From Octopus vulgaris (lineage: Eukaryota): DNA of 64,000 nt. Made by a program: the position numbers and the translations under genes. Location of the stretch: assembly GCA_951406725.2 (NCBI GenBank), contig OX597816.1, positions 7,192,001 to 7,256,000 of the forward strand. Reading direction: 5' to 3'. Under the pieces are notes generated by a model. That model was given only the letters and a program-made list of their open reading frames with translations. It was not told where the DNA came from and searched no databases. Positions 39,888-52,382 of the stretch are shown here, piece by piece (the first letter of the stretch is position 1; each line of letters starts with the position of its first letter).

Positions 39888-42466
39888 TCAGGTCATCCCA
39901 TAAGTTCTGTCTGAATTTTGGATAAAGAATCCAAGTGATCAAATGTTATATTTAATTGAAAGTTAATCATCAATGTACCTTCCCTGATTATCTATGACTT
40001 ACTTCCATCTATTTACAAGCTTTTTAATCCCATCAATGTAAAACTCTTTTGGTTTCAAAGCGAAGAACTCTGAAATGTCAAGTTCGACCTCCTCCTGGCT
40101 TGCGAAAGTTGTGTCCCCATAATATTTCTGTAAACTATGAAACAAATGGTATCCCGAAGGAGTAAGGTCGGGAGAATAAGTTGGATGAAGAAATTTTTCC
40201 AAACCGACCTCTTCGATCTTCTGTGATGTGATCTTTGCAGTGTGGGGTTGCGTATTGTCCTGATGAAACATCACTCGTTTTCGACTCACTAAAGCGGCTC
40301 TTTTTTCTTCAAAGCTTGGTTCAAACGCTATAATTGCTGACAGTAGACTTGAGCATTGATTGTTGCATTAGGTGGTAACAATATAAAGTGAATTACGCCT
40401 TTGCAATCGCACCAGATAGAGTAGAACCTTTTTCCCATGAAGTTTCCTTCTCGGTTGTGGTTGAGCATTTTCCCTTTTACCAAGCCACTGTTTACGACAT
40501 TTAACATTTCGATAGAAAATCCATTTTTCGTCACAAGTCTATCGAAAAAGGGTGAAATGAGTTTGCGAGAATGGAGAGAAGAGCAGATGTCGACTCGGGA
40601 TTTGCGGTTGCTTTCGGACAATACATGAGGCACCTATTTTCCAAGTTTAGGAATCTTTCCAGGTTGTTGAAGATGACGATGAACTGTTGTATGGTTTGAA
40701 GTAAGCTTTATTGCCAATTCTTCAACTGATAATGACGGATTTTCTTCAAGTTATGCGTCAAGGAGCTTATTATCAAACTCAACTGGACATTCTATTGGAT
40801 CTTCATCTTCAATTTTGCAAACGATCTCCTGCAAGTTCTTTCATTCAAGTACTTTCCCATAAACTGAGTGTATGTTTCGAGTCACTTCGGCTGCAGAGTT
40901 AACTTTATTGTACTCATAAAGAATATGTGCCTTAAATGCTCCTTGGATACTTCCATGTTGAAAGGGTTTTAATCAAAGCAATTTTAGGGTGTCCACGAGG
41001 TCTGGGTACATGGAATAAAATCATAACATAAACAAATATAAGAAATAATAATTTTCCTTTTTTACTTTTGTTTAAATTAAATAAAAAAAAATACTTTACT
41101 TTTCTAAATTTATTTGGTATTTTTTTCTACAGATGATCGAATAATGGCTCTGTCTAAAGAAGAAAGAATCCCAGATCGAATGATGGATCTGTCTAAAGGA
41201 GAAAGAATCGAGTTAGTATTATTAAGTGGACGAGAGGGATGGTCTTATCGCAAAATTGCGGAAGAATTTAATCTTCGACACCCTTATAGGTAACCTATTT
41301 TTTTTTACTGCCGTCGGGAAATTGATCAAGAAATTCAAAGAAACAGGCAGTGTTTTGGATAAACCCCGTTCCGGGCGACCAAAGACTTCAGATGAAACGA
41401 AAGAGGCTGTCATGGCTAAAGTTTCTGCTAGCCCAAAGAAATCACTTCGTCGGACATCCACGGTGTTAGGTGTTCCAAAACCAACCATCCACAAAATGCT
41501 GGTCGAGGAAAAGTTTCATCGATACAACCTACAAATATTGCATCACTTAAATGAAGACGACCCTGATAGACGAATGTAGACGTGCGAATGGTTTTCAGAT
41601 AAATTGGATTAAAATATCAATTTTACGAAAAACTTTGTTGTTCAGTGACAAAGCTACGTTTTATGTAAATGGTGAGGTCAACAGACAGAATCTTCTATAC
41701 TGGTCTCGAGGTAATCCACATTGGATGGATCCATCCAAACAGCAAGGCAGCAAAAAGGTGATGGTGTGGTGTGGTTTGTGGAAAGCTCATGTTCTAGGAC
41801 CCTTCTTCATTGAACCTGTAACGGATGAGACTTATGTAAACATATTGAGAGACAAATTAATATCTCAAATTGAGCGCCTAGGCGAGGGCCTTTCGAATTG
41901 GTTTCAGCAGGATGGGGCCCCTACCCATTTTGCCACAACTGTTAGAGATTGGCTTAATGACACTTTTCCTCACTGGATTGGAAGAAGGGCTCATATGGAA
42001 AGGTCCCCTCGTTCACCAGACCTTTCTCCTCTTGATTTCTTTTTGTGGAGTATGTTGAAAGAGAAAGATTACAATAAAGATTACAGATTTAAAACACATG
42101 AGAGAACGCATTACCAGTCAGTGTGCTGAAATTGATGGCAATGTAGACTTATTTAATCAAGTTCACCTGAATTTTGCCAGGCGCATCAAGTTATGCATTG
42201 AAAATGATGGAAATCACTTTGAAAATATTATTTATTAACATTATAATTAAATAAAATTGGTTTGTTTTAAAAGTATGTGTTAATCCCCATGTACGCAGAC
42301 TTTGTGGACACCCTCTATTATTTTGTAAAACAATATTGAATTAGTTTAAACGTACACAAATGCATAAAAATAATTTTTAATTGAATTAGAAATTTGAAAA
42401 TACTATTAAATTTCATTCAAATCTAAAAAAAAGGTAAAATTGGACAGAACTGATTGGATGACTTGA
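39888..42466 (-). mobile_element. Mariner (DD34D) element, defective, split by a nested element
   Basis: TIRs TCAGGTCATCCCATAAGTTCTGTC and GACAGAACTGATTGGATGACTTGA. VPHVLS; FHQDNTQPH..YSPDLTPSGYHLF with 34-residue spacing and last D mutated to G. Confidence 0.9.
40985..42315 (+). mobile_element. Tc1/mariner superfamily element, DD40D (rosa/Visitor-like), defective
   Basis: TIRs AGGGTGTCCACGAGGTCTGGGTACATGG and CCATGTACGCAGACTTTGTGGACACCCT. KETGSVLDKPRSGRP, LFSDKATF, FQQDGAPTH..SPRSPDLSPLDFFLW with 40 residues between the Ds. Confidence 0.92.
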
Positions 42467-43189
42467 TATATATATAATCTATGATATTCTAGTAGGTTTC
42501 AAGTTTATAACACCTTGTTATCTCATGTTATCTCATTTTATATGCCTAAGACGTTTATTTTCTATTCTGGTTTTTATATATTTCTATACATTATATTTGT
42601 ATCTATAATTTATTTTAAGCCGAAATATAATACGATCCTTGTACAAACGAAAGAACAAGAATGTCCTCTGGAAATTTTATCTTCCACCGGTGTTTGTAAT
42701 CGATGGTGACATGTGCGATGATTTTGCGACTATCTTATAATTTACAGAGAAATTGGAAGCCCCGAATGTAAGCCACCACTTTATGCATAATACAATATTT
42801 ATAGTTCTCTATTTTTAACTCAAATTCTGTCCTCAATAATTATAGATCTCTATTTCTAAATGTAATTCTTTTTCTTCTCGTTCAGTTTATAACTATAACA
42901 CGCATTCTTGTCTGTCTCTTGACAAAGAATTTTTTCTCCAGCGTTCACCACTTCACCTCGTTAGGGTTAAACAGCTCTTCCCGAATGTTTTCACTGTCCT
43001 GTTTTTGTTAGCAGCTTTGACGTTCCACGTATCTCAAATTTTATTTAATTTGCTTTGGGGGAGCAATTGCTTTGACGAAGACGCATCTTGTTGCACTGCT
43101 CGCAATGCGGAGTAGGTAAATAACCAACAACTGAGGAAGGGTTGTTTTTTTATGCTGGCTTCGCGCTATAGTTCTCAATATATAATGGA

Positions 43190-43400
43190 AATTCTCCCAA
43201 CCCGACCCGACCCATAGCGTCGACTGTGGGCTGGTAGCTGTGTACAGTCGCCCCAATGTCGGCCAGAGCGAGAAATCCTCATGAATCTGGAACACCACGT
43301 GACCATATTTCTTATGGGTGATTTCAACTTCCCCAATGTCAAATGGCCCGAAGGTCTCATACTCTCAGGAATGAATCATTGCAAGCAAGTACAGGTGGAG
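43190..43400 (+). mobile_element. LINE (CR1-like) AP-endonuclease fragment
   Basis: Translates ..TIFLMGDFNFPNVKWPEG. Confidence 0.6.
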
Positions 43401-44049
43401 TCCAAGTTATATCTTGATATCGCTAGTGATAACAATACTCAAAATATATAACAAACTGGAATTGTAGGCCCGTCTCTTGCAATTTCGATCAATTGGATCT
43501 TGTCCTCCCTCTTGTATAGAAGTGTACGGCTGCAGCGAAATTCATTTTTGGACTTTCTTCTATCGAAGGCATTTTAACAAAAATGCTTCCGTAAAGACGA
43601 TGAAAATATTGTCAATTTCCCCAAACTGGGACACAATTCAATTTTTAAACAATAACCAAAGCCCCTTCTCCGAAAGGGGGAGGGTTACGGTTTACAATTA
43701 TTTAACAAATGCAACACAACAACGTTTCCCTGACGAGGAACCAACAAATGTGATTACAATAGTCAAACAGTAATAATAATAACAAACCTTTTTAATTTAT
43801 CCCACTTTATGTGAAACCACTTACTGAAGTTCAAGTCATTGATGCAATTTTATACGAATTGCTAATACATACACACACACACACAATAAGGGTGAAAAAT
43901 TGAATATTAATTTGATTAATATGAATTGAAAACCAGTGGTGTAGCATATAAGACCATAGCGGATCTTCTAACAAAATGGATGACTGCTGTTAATGGTTCA
44001 TCCCTGTTATATAATGCCTTCACTTTAATAGTTTCAGTATTAAAGTGAA

Positions 44050-44299
44050 TGTCTGCATTACAATAGAGAGATGTTTTTGTTTCACTTTTAACACGTAATA
44101 CTGAAATAGTGGAGAAGATATGATATTGCTGTGGGGTCTCCCTAGGGAAAAAGTTAAATTTGTTTTTGCCGATGACACTTCCCGGACCTTAAGTAAGGCA
44201 CGTGTAAAATTTGAATGAAATTGGTTGCGTAGTTCTCAAGCTTTAGGGAAACACACAGACAGACAGACAGACATACATTCTCAGTTTTATATATATAGA
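44050..44299 (-). mobile_element. Non-autonomous Helitron 5' portion
   Basis: AAAATTTGAATGAAATTGGTTGCGTAGTT..(CAGA)n..CAGTTTTATATATATAGA|T, the same terminal architecture as the other Helitrons. Confidence 0.55.
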
Positions 44300-44309
44300 T
44301 ATATATATA

Positions 44310-44480
44310 CATATATACTACGGGCTTCTTTCAGTTTCTGTCTACCAAATCTACTCACAAGGCTTTGGTCGGCCCGAGGCTATAGTAGAAGACACTTGCC
44401 CAAGGTGCCACGTAGTGGCCTGAACTCGGAACCATGTGGTTGGTAAGCAAGATACTTACCACACAGCCACTCCTGCGCCT
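44310..44480 (-). mobile_element. SINE family A 5' half
   Basis: Reverse complement of the family A head. Confidence 0.85.
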
Positions 44481-44686
44481 ATTGTTAACATTCAGGAAAT
44501 GAAACTGGCAAATATATATATATTTTTATGGCGCGTTGAAAATTTTGGGTGAACTTTTACAACTCGTTTGTTCAACACTGCCATCACCCCACCCCCCGAT
44601 CACTAAATTCATAACGGCACCGCACCAATATTAGAAATTCATCTTATTAGAGCGCATTGGACGGAAGAATCGGTATAAGTCGTAGT

Positions 44687-45096
44687 AGTGGCTGTGTGGT
44701 AAGTAGCTTGCTTACAAACCACATGGTTCCGGGTTCAGTCCCACTGCATGGCACCTTGGGCAAGTGTCTTCTACTATGGCCTCGGGCCGACCAAAGCCTT
44801 GTGAGTGGATTTGGTAGACGGAAACTGAAAGAAGCCCGTCGTATATATGTATATATATATGTATGTGTGTGTGTATATGTTTGTGTGTCTGTGTTTTCTC
44901 CCCCCCCCCCCCAACATCGCTTGACAACCGATGGTGGTGCGTTTACGTCCCCGTAACTTAGCGATTCGGCAAAAGAGACCGATAGAATAAGTACTAGGCT
45001 TACAAAGAATAAGACCTGGGGTCGATTTGCTCGTCTAAGCGTGATGCTCCAGCATGGCCGCAGTGAAATGACTGAAACAAGTAAAAAGAGTAAAAG
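44687..45096 (+). mobile_element. SINE family A
   Basis: Full-length match. Confidence 0.9.
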
Positions 45097-45492
45097 ATTT
45101 CTTGTGCTTTCCGGCCGAACACAACCCCATCAGTAGCCATAGATAACTTGGTATAAACCCTCAAATGATTAATTCACAAATCCTTATAATAACCACAGAA
45201 TGTGTTAAATGTTATAAAAACCAATTTCAGTTGGTTTTTTGAAATATCTAATCCCGAATTTCTTTCAGCAAAAAAGTATTTTGATCTCTTTCGTTTCCTA
45301 TTTTGACTTATTTATTTGATCATCTATTTAAAAGTAAATTCTTTTATTCATTTACGGAGATGTACTTGCATAGCGAGTGACTTGATCTGAGATCGTGTGC
45401 TGGAACGTAAACAATTGCAGCGTGGAAGGTGTTTATAAGCCATTTAAGAAACACACAAAAACCATTAGATTCACTTCAACATTTAAATTTAA

Positions 45493-45543
45493 TTTGTCAA
45501 AATATTTTCGTCGCTTTGAGACCACGACCTGTTCACTGACAAA
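45493..45543 (-). ncRNA. Variant minimal hammerhead (G3:C8 core)
   Basis: Reverse complement: UUUGUCA-GUGAACA-G-GUCGU(GGUCUCAAA)GCGAC-GAAA-AUAU-UU-UGACAAA. Confidence 0.65.
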
Positions 45544-45579
45544 ACCTCGTGCTAACAAAACTCAGATGCAGCACGAAAT

Positions 45580-45630
45580 TTTGTCAGTGAATAGGTCGCG
45601 GTCTCAAAGCGACGAAAATATTTTGACAAA
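45580..45630 (+). ncRNA. Variant minimal hammerhead (G3:U8 in this arm)
   Basis: UUUGUCA-GUGAAUA-G-GUCGC(GGUCUCAAA)GCGAC-GAAA-AUAU-UU-UGACAAA. Confidence 0.55.
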
Positions 45631-46197
45631 TTAAATTTAAATGTTGAAGTGAATCTAACGGCTTTTGTGTGTTTCTTAAATGGCTTATAAACACCTTCCA
45701 CGCTGCAATTGTCTTTTATTCCTATTTACATACTTCTTTCTGCTATCTTTTATCATCCTGTCCTTCATTCATTCTGCTCTATTTTCGTTTATTCCCCCCC
45801 CTCTCTCCCCCTCTCTGTGTCTATTTCTTCTTGCAGTCGCTTATCTATAACCTGTCTCAAAAGGGATCTGGTTTTTATATCAGTAGCGAAAGTAACCCGT
45901 CCAGAAGTGATGGTCACACCGAATCGCGATTGTCCAATGTAGAGTTGATAGGGATATGAGGCCATATCAGTAGGAAGGCAACCCATCTAGGAGTGATGGC
46001 CATACCAAATCGTGACTGCCCAATCTAGGATTGAAGGGACAGGGGTCCAATATGACAACCTGTCTAGTGTTGGTACCACGATAAAATACTCAACGGGCTT
46101 ATTTTTGTACCAAACGCCTTATTTTTGGCTATGATCAATTTGTACAAAACCCGTTCCCCTATCTCACACTACGCCTTGGTTCTTAAGTACACAAGTC

Positions 46198-46328
46198 CAA
46201 CTCATTTTTGCCAGCTGAATGGACTGGAGCAATGCGAAATAAAGTGTCTTGCTCAAGGACACAATGCACCGCCGCTGGAAATCGATTGTGAGCCGAATCC
46301 TGTAACCACCAAGCTACGTACCTTCACA
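46198..46328 (-). mobile_element. Family G SINE head/core fragment
   Basis: AACTCATTTTTGCCAGCTGA..GTCTTGCTCAAGGACACAATGC matches 4646-4720. Confidence 0.7.
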
Positions 46329-46804
46329 ATGGTTAATCAAGTGATAAACATCGCAGTATAATTAAAAGTAAACCACTAAAACGCGCCAAGCCAGCAAACT
46401 GGTTTCGAATCTTGGTTGTATGAAGATTAGAAGTAATACGGGAATAGGCGTGGTATTGGTTACCAATTCTTAAGTCTTGCATTCCAATTTACAACTGGAA
46501 TTTCATTGCTTCTTTGGTCACCGCCATAAATTTGAAGTGCCTCAGTTAAACTTTGTGCTAGAAATAAACAGTAAATCAAATGATTCTGAAATATTTACGA
46601 CTAAGTGACCACCACTCCATAAGAGATTTTCATCATTTGCTTAATAATATAAACTGCAATAAAGTTTTGGTGCTTTAGAGGCGAGGAGTAATGCAAACAC
46701 GTTCATCTGTATTACTCTTCTACTCCGAGTATTTGCACCTTTTAAAGAATTAACGTTAAAATGGACAAGTTAAAAAAAAAAAAAAGCAGTTCAGTGATAT
46801 TTAC

Positions 46805-47293
46805 CTCTGAAAGTAATGGCCGTGTTCCTTTGGCATCGTTGTATTCCTGGAGAATTTGGTTTTCAAGATCTAAAAATGAATTATCCTCAGAGTTTCGCCG
46901 GTGTTGTTCTTCAAGACAAGAGTTGGTTGAATCTGAGGTCGATTTAAGTTTTTGTTTCTCCGATGCTGAATTGGACGAAGGAGTATTTTCACAACTATCT
47001 TCAAGGTCGGAACACATATCCGCGTTTGTCTGCGAGTAGCTATTAAATCCTGGAACTATATTATACTCCAAGTCGTCACACAGAATATCATCCAAGTATT
47101 TATAAGTGACGTCATCAGACCAAGATGTAAAACAGGTGCCGTAGTCCCAATTGTTACCAGAAACGACATCATTTTCTGAATGATTCGAGGACTTCATATC
47201 AGATTTCGATTCGTTCAACGGTTCTCTAGAGTCAAGTTTATTAGTTTGGGAACTAAGGGCTGAAAAACCATTCTTGCTAATGACCGATCCCAT
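46805..47293 (-). CDS. Probable first coding exon of a host gene; Ser/Asp/Asn-rich N-terminus starting MGSVISK
   Basis: Only long non-repeat ORF. Acceptor TTTTATTTTTCAG at 47418, in-frame upstream stop, ATG in GATATGG context, 163 codons to phase-0 donor GAG|GTAAAT. Confidence 0.65.
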
Positions 47294-47447
47294 ATCTCCT
47301 TTGCGTTTCTCGTTGTTTGTTGTTTTTTTATTTCTCACAACCTTGGTTTCGGTTAATATTAAAAATTACACCAGTTTGGGTAACATTATTCTCATTGCAT
47401 CAGTTTGCAGCTTCCCGCTGAAAAATAAAATAAAAATAATAATAATG

Positions 47448-47484
<37 letters not shown>

Positions 47485-47487
47485 TAC

Positions 47488-47520
<33 letters not shown>

Positions 47521-47928
47521 TTGACCGTAACCAGTTGAGCATGTCCCTTAGTGGCTGACGATATGTGCATCTTTGATCACGAGCAGAAGTAGTGGGGGAG
47601 CATCATAGCCACGTGTTGAGAGGGATTCTTTGGGGTTTGAATAATTCACCTCTGGAAACATGGGTGTTTCGTTCAACATCCTTAAACAACCCTTATTCAG
47701 GGACCTTTTGAGCGGGATGGGCTACTCAACCTGAAGAAAATTCTAACTGGGCCCCACCTGCAAGGTCATGTGCTGTTTATCTTGATATGAGATCACCATG
47801 TCGCGCACATATGGTTGTGATGCATGTGCCTGGTGTACCCTTATCAGACAGGTAGTCATGAAGGGTATATTGGGCTTCGTATATTTTACCCCAGTGTCAC
47901 TTTGATGGCATGAACTGCTCTTTCACTC

Positions 47929-47930
<2 letters not shown>
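47521..47930 (+). mobile_element. Family E copy, 5'-truncated, in (TAA)n
   Basis: Matches 17250-17650. Confidence 0.85.
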
Positions 47931-47983
<53 letters not shown>

Positions 47984-47986
<3 letters not shown>

Positions 47987-48240
47987 TGGAATCTAAAAAC
48001 AGAAACAATTCCTATCATAGTAGGTGCATTAGGCATGATAAAAAAATATTCAGACAAATACATAACAAAAACACCAGGACTTACAAACACATATAACATA
48101 CAGAAAATTGCACTACTAGGCACTGCACACATCCTACGCAGAACACTTTCAATACAGTAACCATCAGAGCATCACAGCAAACTACAGCACATACCCAAGG
48201 CACACAGAGCTGCGCTCGGTAGTGAAGTGAAAGCACGTTA
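47984..48240 (+). mobile_element. R4/Dong-clade 3' end in (TAA)n
   Basis: MWNLKTETIPIIVGALGMIKKYSDKYITKTPGL..QKIALLGTAHILRRTLSIQ*. Confidence 0.88.
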
Positions 48241-48470
48241 TAATAATAATAATAATTTCCATGATAAAATACAAAACAAAATAATGAGTTACCGCAGAAG
48301 CGTCTATTTGGTTGCTTGATTTATTAGAAATAGCAGCCAAGTTTCCCTCCAATCATCCCATTCAGTAGATAAACCTAGAGGAATGAAAAGCAAGATAATC
48401 CCGGCGGGACTCGAACTCAAAGACAACGACGCAAAGAATAATTGTCTGTCACTCTTTCACTTCCACCACC

Positions 48471-48574
48471 GTATAAAACCTGTACACCACTTCAAACAAT
48501 CTATACATATACATACACACACGTGTGTGTATGTATATTTATAGATTGTTTGAAGTGGTGTACAGGTTTTATAC
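48471..48574. repeat. 104-bp spacerless palindrome, one mismatch
   Basis: 52-bp arms centred on ACACAC|GTGTGT. Confidence 0.95.
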
Positions 48575-48681
48575 AATAAAAAAAGGGGGAAAGTCAAGAT
48601 TGGGGATAATTTTGGATAATTTTGGATAGCTCTTTCATCTAGTTTCGGAGAATCATCAGGAATTATGTCTTTACAGAAAAG

Positions 48682-48738
<57 letters not shown>

Positions 48739-48802
48739 TAAGTTAGTTGAAATTACATGGAGTTGAATGGAGTGTTCTTTTATCATTTTGGATTTATATG
48801 TG

Positions 48803-48836
<34 letters not shown>

Positions 48837-49847
48837 AATGCATGTATGTATGCATGCATGTTTGTATGTATGTGTGTGTGTGTGTGTTTTGTATGAGTGT
48901 GGTGAATTTCTGGAGGCTTGATTAGAGGGAATAAAAAGGAAAAAAAACAAGAGGTAAGAATGAATACATACACACAAACATGTGTGTATGTGTGTATGTA
49001 CACATATACATGTTATACATGTGTATCTAAGTTTTATGGTGAGATACAGTGATAAGGATGGTGGTAGGGGGAGTGGCTACATACAGGTCCAATACTATTC
49101 TTCATTATGGTGAATAAGAGAGAGAGGGGGAGAGAGAAGTAGAGACGGAGAGAGAGAAAGAGAGAGACAAACAGATAGGGAAAGAGAGAGACAGATAGAG
49201 AAATATACGAGGCTATCAAGAAGCAGAAGTTGCGAACGTTGACTTAACTTGGACTATTAAGTTAGAGACCCAAATGCAGATGTGTCCCCCACCCCACAAC
49301 CACCTCTATTATTTCTAACTTGCATTTCGCCCATCTTGCATCGTGGGTCAATTATTTCGGTCCTTTTTGATTTCCACGGTGACACTTCATCCTCAAATTA
49401 ATTATCTTCGCTTCTTCCCGAAGCTCCATCAGTTTTGAATGCCCTACACTTCTTGATACGGCTCTCATCCTCTTATACTCATCACATGTCCGTACCTGCG
49501 CAGTCTTCTCTCTGCTAACATCTAACTTTACATCCGGATATCAGAACTTAGTTATCAGCATAGCGGAGTTCTAATCAGCAGCCAATTTTAAACCCCTCTA
49601 TTATAGCATGGGAAACTATAATAATTAGGAGGGGGCCAAGGACTTAGCCTTGGTGGACCTTAAAATTCGATCGTGGTTATTTAAAAAAAATTCATCTAGT
49701 TTCAGTTCACGAGCTGTGGCCATGCTGGGGCACCGCCATTTAAAATTATAAACAGAGCAAATTTTAGCATGTCTCCGCAGACTGAAGAAAATGATGAACA
49801 GCCTTAACTGATTTTCGAACCTTATTGGGTTCTCATCAAGAGTCTCT

Positions 49848-50265
49848 CTCTTTTACTCTTTTACTCTTTTACTTGTTTCAGTCATTTGACTGCGGCCATG
49901 CTGGAGCACCGCCTTTAGTCGAGCAAATCGACCCCGGGACTTATTCTTTGTAGGCCCAGTACCTATTCTATCGGCCTCTTTTGCCGAACCGCTAAGTGAC
50001 GGGGACGTAAACACACCAGCATCGGTTGTCAAGCAATGCTAGGGGAACAAACACAGACACACAAACATATACACACACACTTATATATATATACATATAT
50101 ACGACAGGCTTCTTTCAGTTTCCGTCTACCAAATCCACTCACAAGGCATTGGTCGGCCCGGGGCTATAGCAGAAGACACTTGCCCAAGATACCACGCAGT
50201 GGGACTGAACCCGGAACCATGTGGTTGGTTAGCAAGCTACTTACCACATAGCCACTCCTGCGCCT
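49848..50265 (-). mobile_element. SINE family A
   Basis: Full-length reverse-complement match. Confidence 0.9.
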
Positions 50266-50625
50266 AAATCATTCTGAGAGAAAATCTGGAGGAAAATCTC
50301 GAATTCCTTCTATTCCAGGACGAAATGGTTTTCCTTTCCCCCAGGCAACTCCAACCATCGATAATCTTCCCTCAGAAGTTAAACTACTTTTCGGATGATC
50401 GCATCGCCCATCTTGGGAGATTCTTATTTTTCTGCCCACTCTCGATTAATTCTCGCTCTCTCTCGTTTCACTACAAGTCTCCTCATTGTATCTACGAAAC
50501 GCAACCTAAGTCCATTTTAGAAATAGATGTGTCACATTCTTCCCTTTTTATCGATGTATCCGTTGAGAAAAGAGGCGATATGTTTTGTGACATATCTCAT
50601 CATACGTACATGCATGCATATATAG

Positions 50626-50683
<58 letters not shown>

Positions 50684-51436
50684 ACACACACACACTGACC
50701 CACACACATGCGCACAAACAAACAAAAGGGAACGCAGTGTAACTAGCGGACAGAGTCAAGACTATTGAAAAGGTTGCAAGACGCAACGAAAATTTTAGGA
50801 AAATAAAAATAAGAAAAAAGTGGAAATTTTACCGGTGAGTGTGTTAAATTACAAGGCCCAAAACGAAAATGACTCTCCCCAGACACAACAGAATACCTCA
50901 TCTACATTTTTATTTTAGGAGCTAGTCCATGTCAAGTGTTTCCCTCTGGCTTGCAACGCTGGCAAAAGATAGGCTGCTGATGTTGCTACTTCTGTTTCGG
51001 TTGTTATAATTTGCGCTTGCTAAAGATTATCTGTTCAATTTGTCAAAGTATAAATATTTGCAGTTTTTTCTTCGGTTTCTTCATTTAATGGGTTTTAAAA
51101 ACTCTATTTTATGTTTAGAAAGTATTTAGAATTTATTTTCAATTTTTCTTTTGAACTCGTTGACATTCTGACTGTTACTCCTATTCACCCGGATTAACCA
51201 TTGTGAGTGAATAGTAAATAATGTTTGTAAAGATATATAGGTAAAAAAAAGAAAAAAAACATCCGAGAAAGAAGTCTTATTTTCATTGAAGCGCAATGAC
51301 GCGAGAGCACAAATGTTCTTAGGATTTTTTTGGGTTGACAAAATGACAAAACGAGAAAAATGCAACAAGTAAACTTGGCAAAATGTAATTTTTCTGAGAG
51401 CAGTTATGGATGTCGGTTCATATCAAACGAAAATAA

Positions 51437-51863
51437 ACACACACACACACACACGCTCACACACACACACACGCACACACACGCACACACACACACACAC
51501 ACGCACGCACACACACACACACGCACACACGCTCACACACACACACACGCACTCACACGCACGCACGCACACACACACACGCTCACACACACACGCACAC
51601 ACGCTCACACACACACACGCTCGCACACACACACACACACGCATACACACACACGCACACACACGTACACACACACGCACACACACGCATGTGCAGCGGC
51701 CTTCTTTTAGTTGTCTTATGAAATGAAAAAACATTAATGCATTGCTAACACTGGTGGATGTGAACTGACAGCTTAAAAACATATTCAAACTATTTTTTAA
51801 GGAAAAACAATAAAAATAATACGAAAATGCAAGAGATTAAAAAGTTCGAAAGAGAAAGTGGAA

Positions 51864-51931
<68 letters not shown>

Positions 51932-52005
51932 GAAAGAAAGAGAGAAAGAGGGGCGAGAAAGAGATAAAGAGAGAGCGAAAGAGAGAAAGAGAGAGAGAGA
52001 GAAGG

Positions 52006-52038
<33 letters not shown>

Positions 52039-52197
52039 AGAAAGAGAAAGAGGGGGCGAGAAAGAGGGGGAGAGAGATAGAGGGAGAGATAAAGAGAGAG
52101 CGAAAGAGAGAGAGAAGGAGAGCGAGAGAGAGAGAAATAGAGAACGCTTGTAGGTTAGACTTTAGTTTCACGGTGTGTATGAGAGAGAGAGAAAGAG

Positions 52198-52228
<31 letters not shown>

Positions 52229-52266
52229 TAGAAAGAGAGAAAGAGAGCGAGAGAGAGAGAGAGAGA
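51437..52266. repeat. Imperfect (CA)n then (GA)n arrays
   Basis: Direct reading. Confidence 0.9.
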
Positions 52267-52382
52267 ACGTTTATAGGTTAGACATTAGTTTCTCGGCGTG
52301 GTTTCACTGGATTTTAGCCTAACGAAAGTACAGACATCGGAATATGCGTTACAACGGAAGCAGAGAACCATTTCTATTCAAA

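Larger units (their letters stand above)
45351..45712. mobile_element. Palindromic PLE-like element: 60-bp leader + ~143-bp inverted arms
   Basis: 45411-45553 and 45570-45712 are near-perfect reverse complements. Confidence 0.9.
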
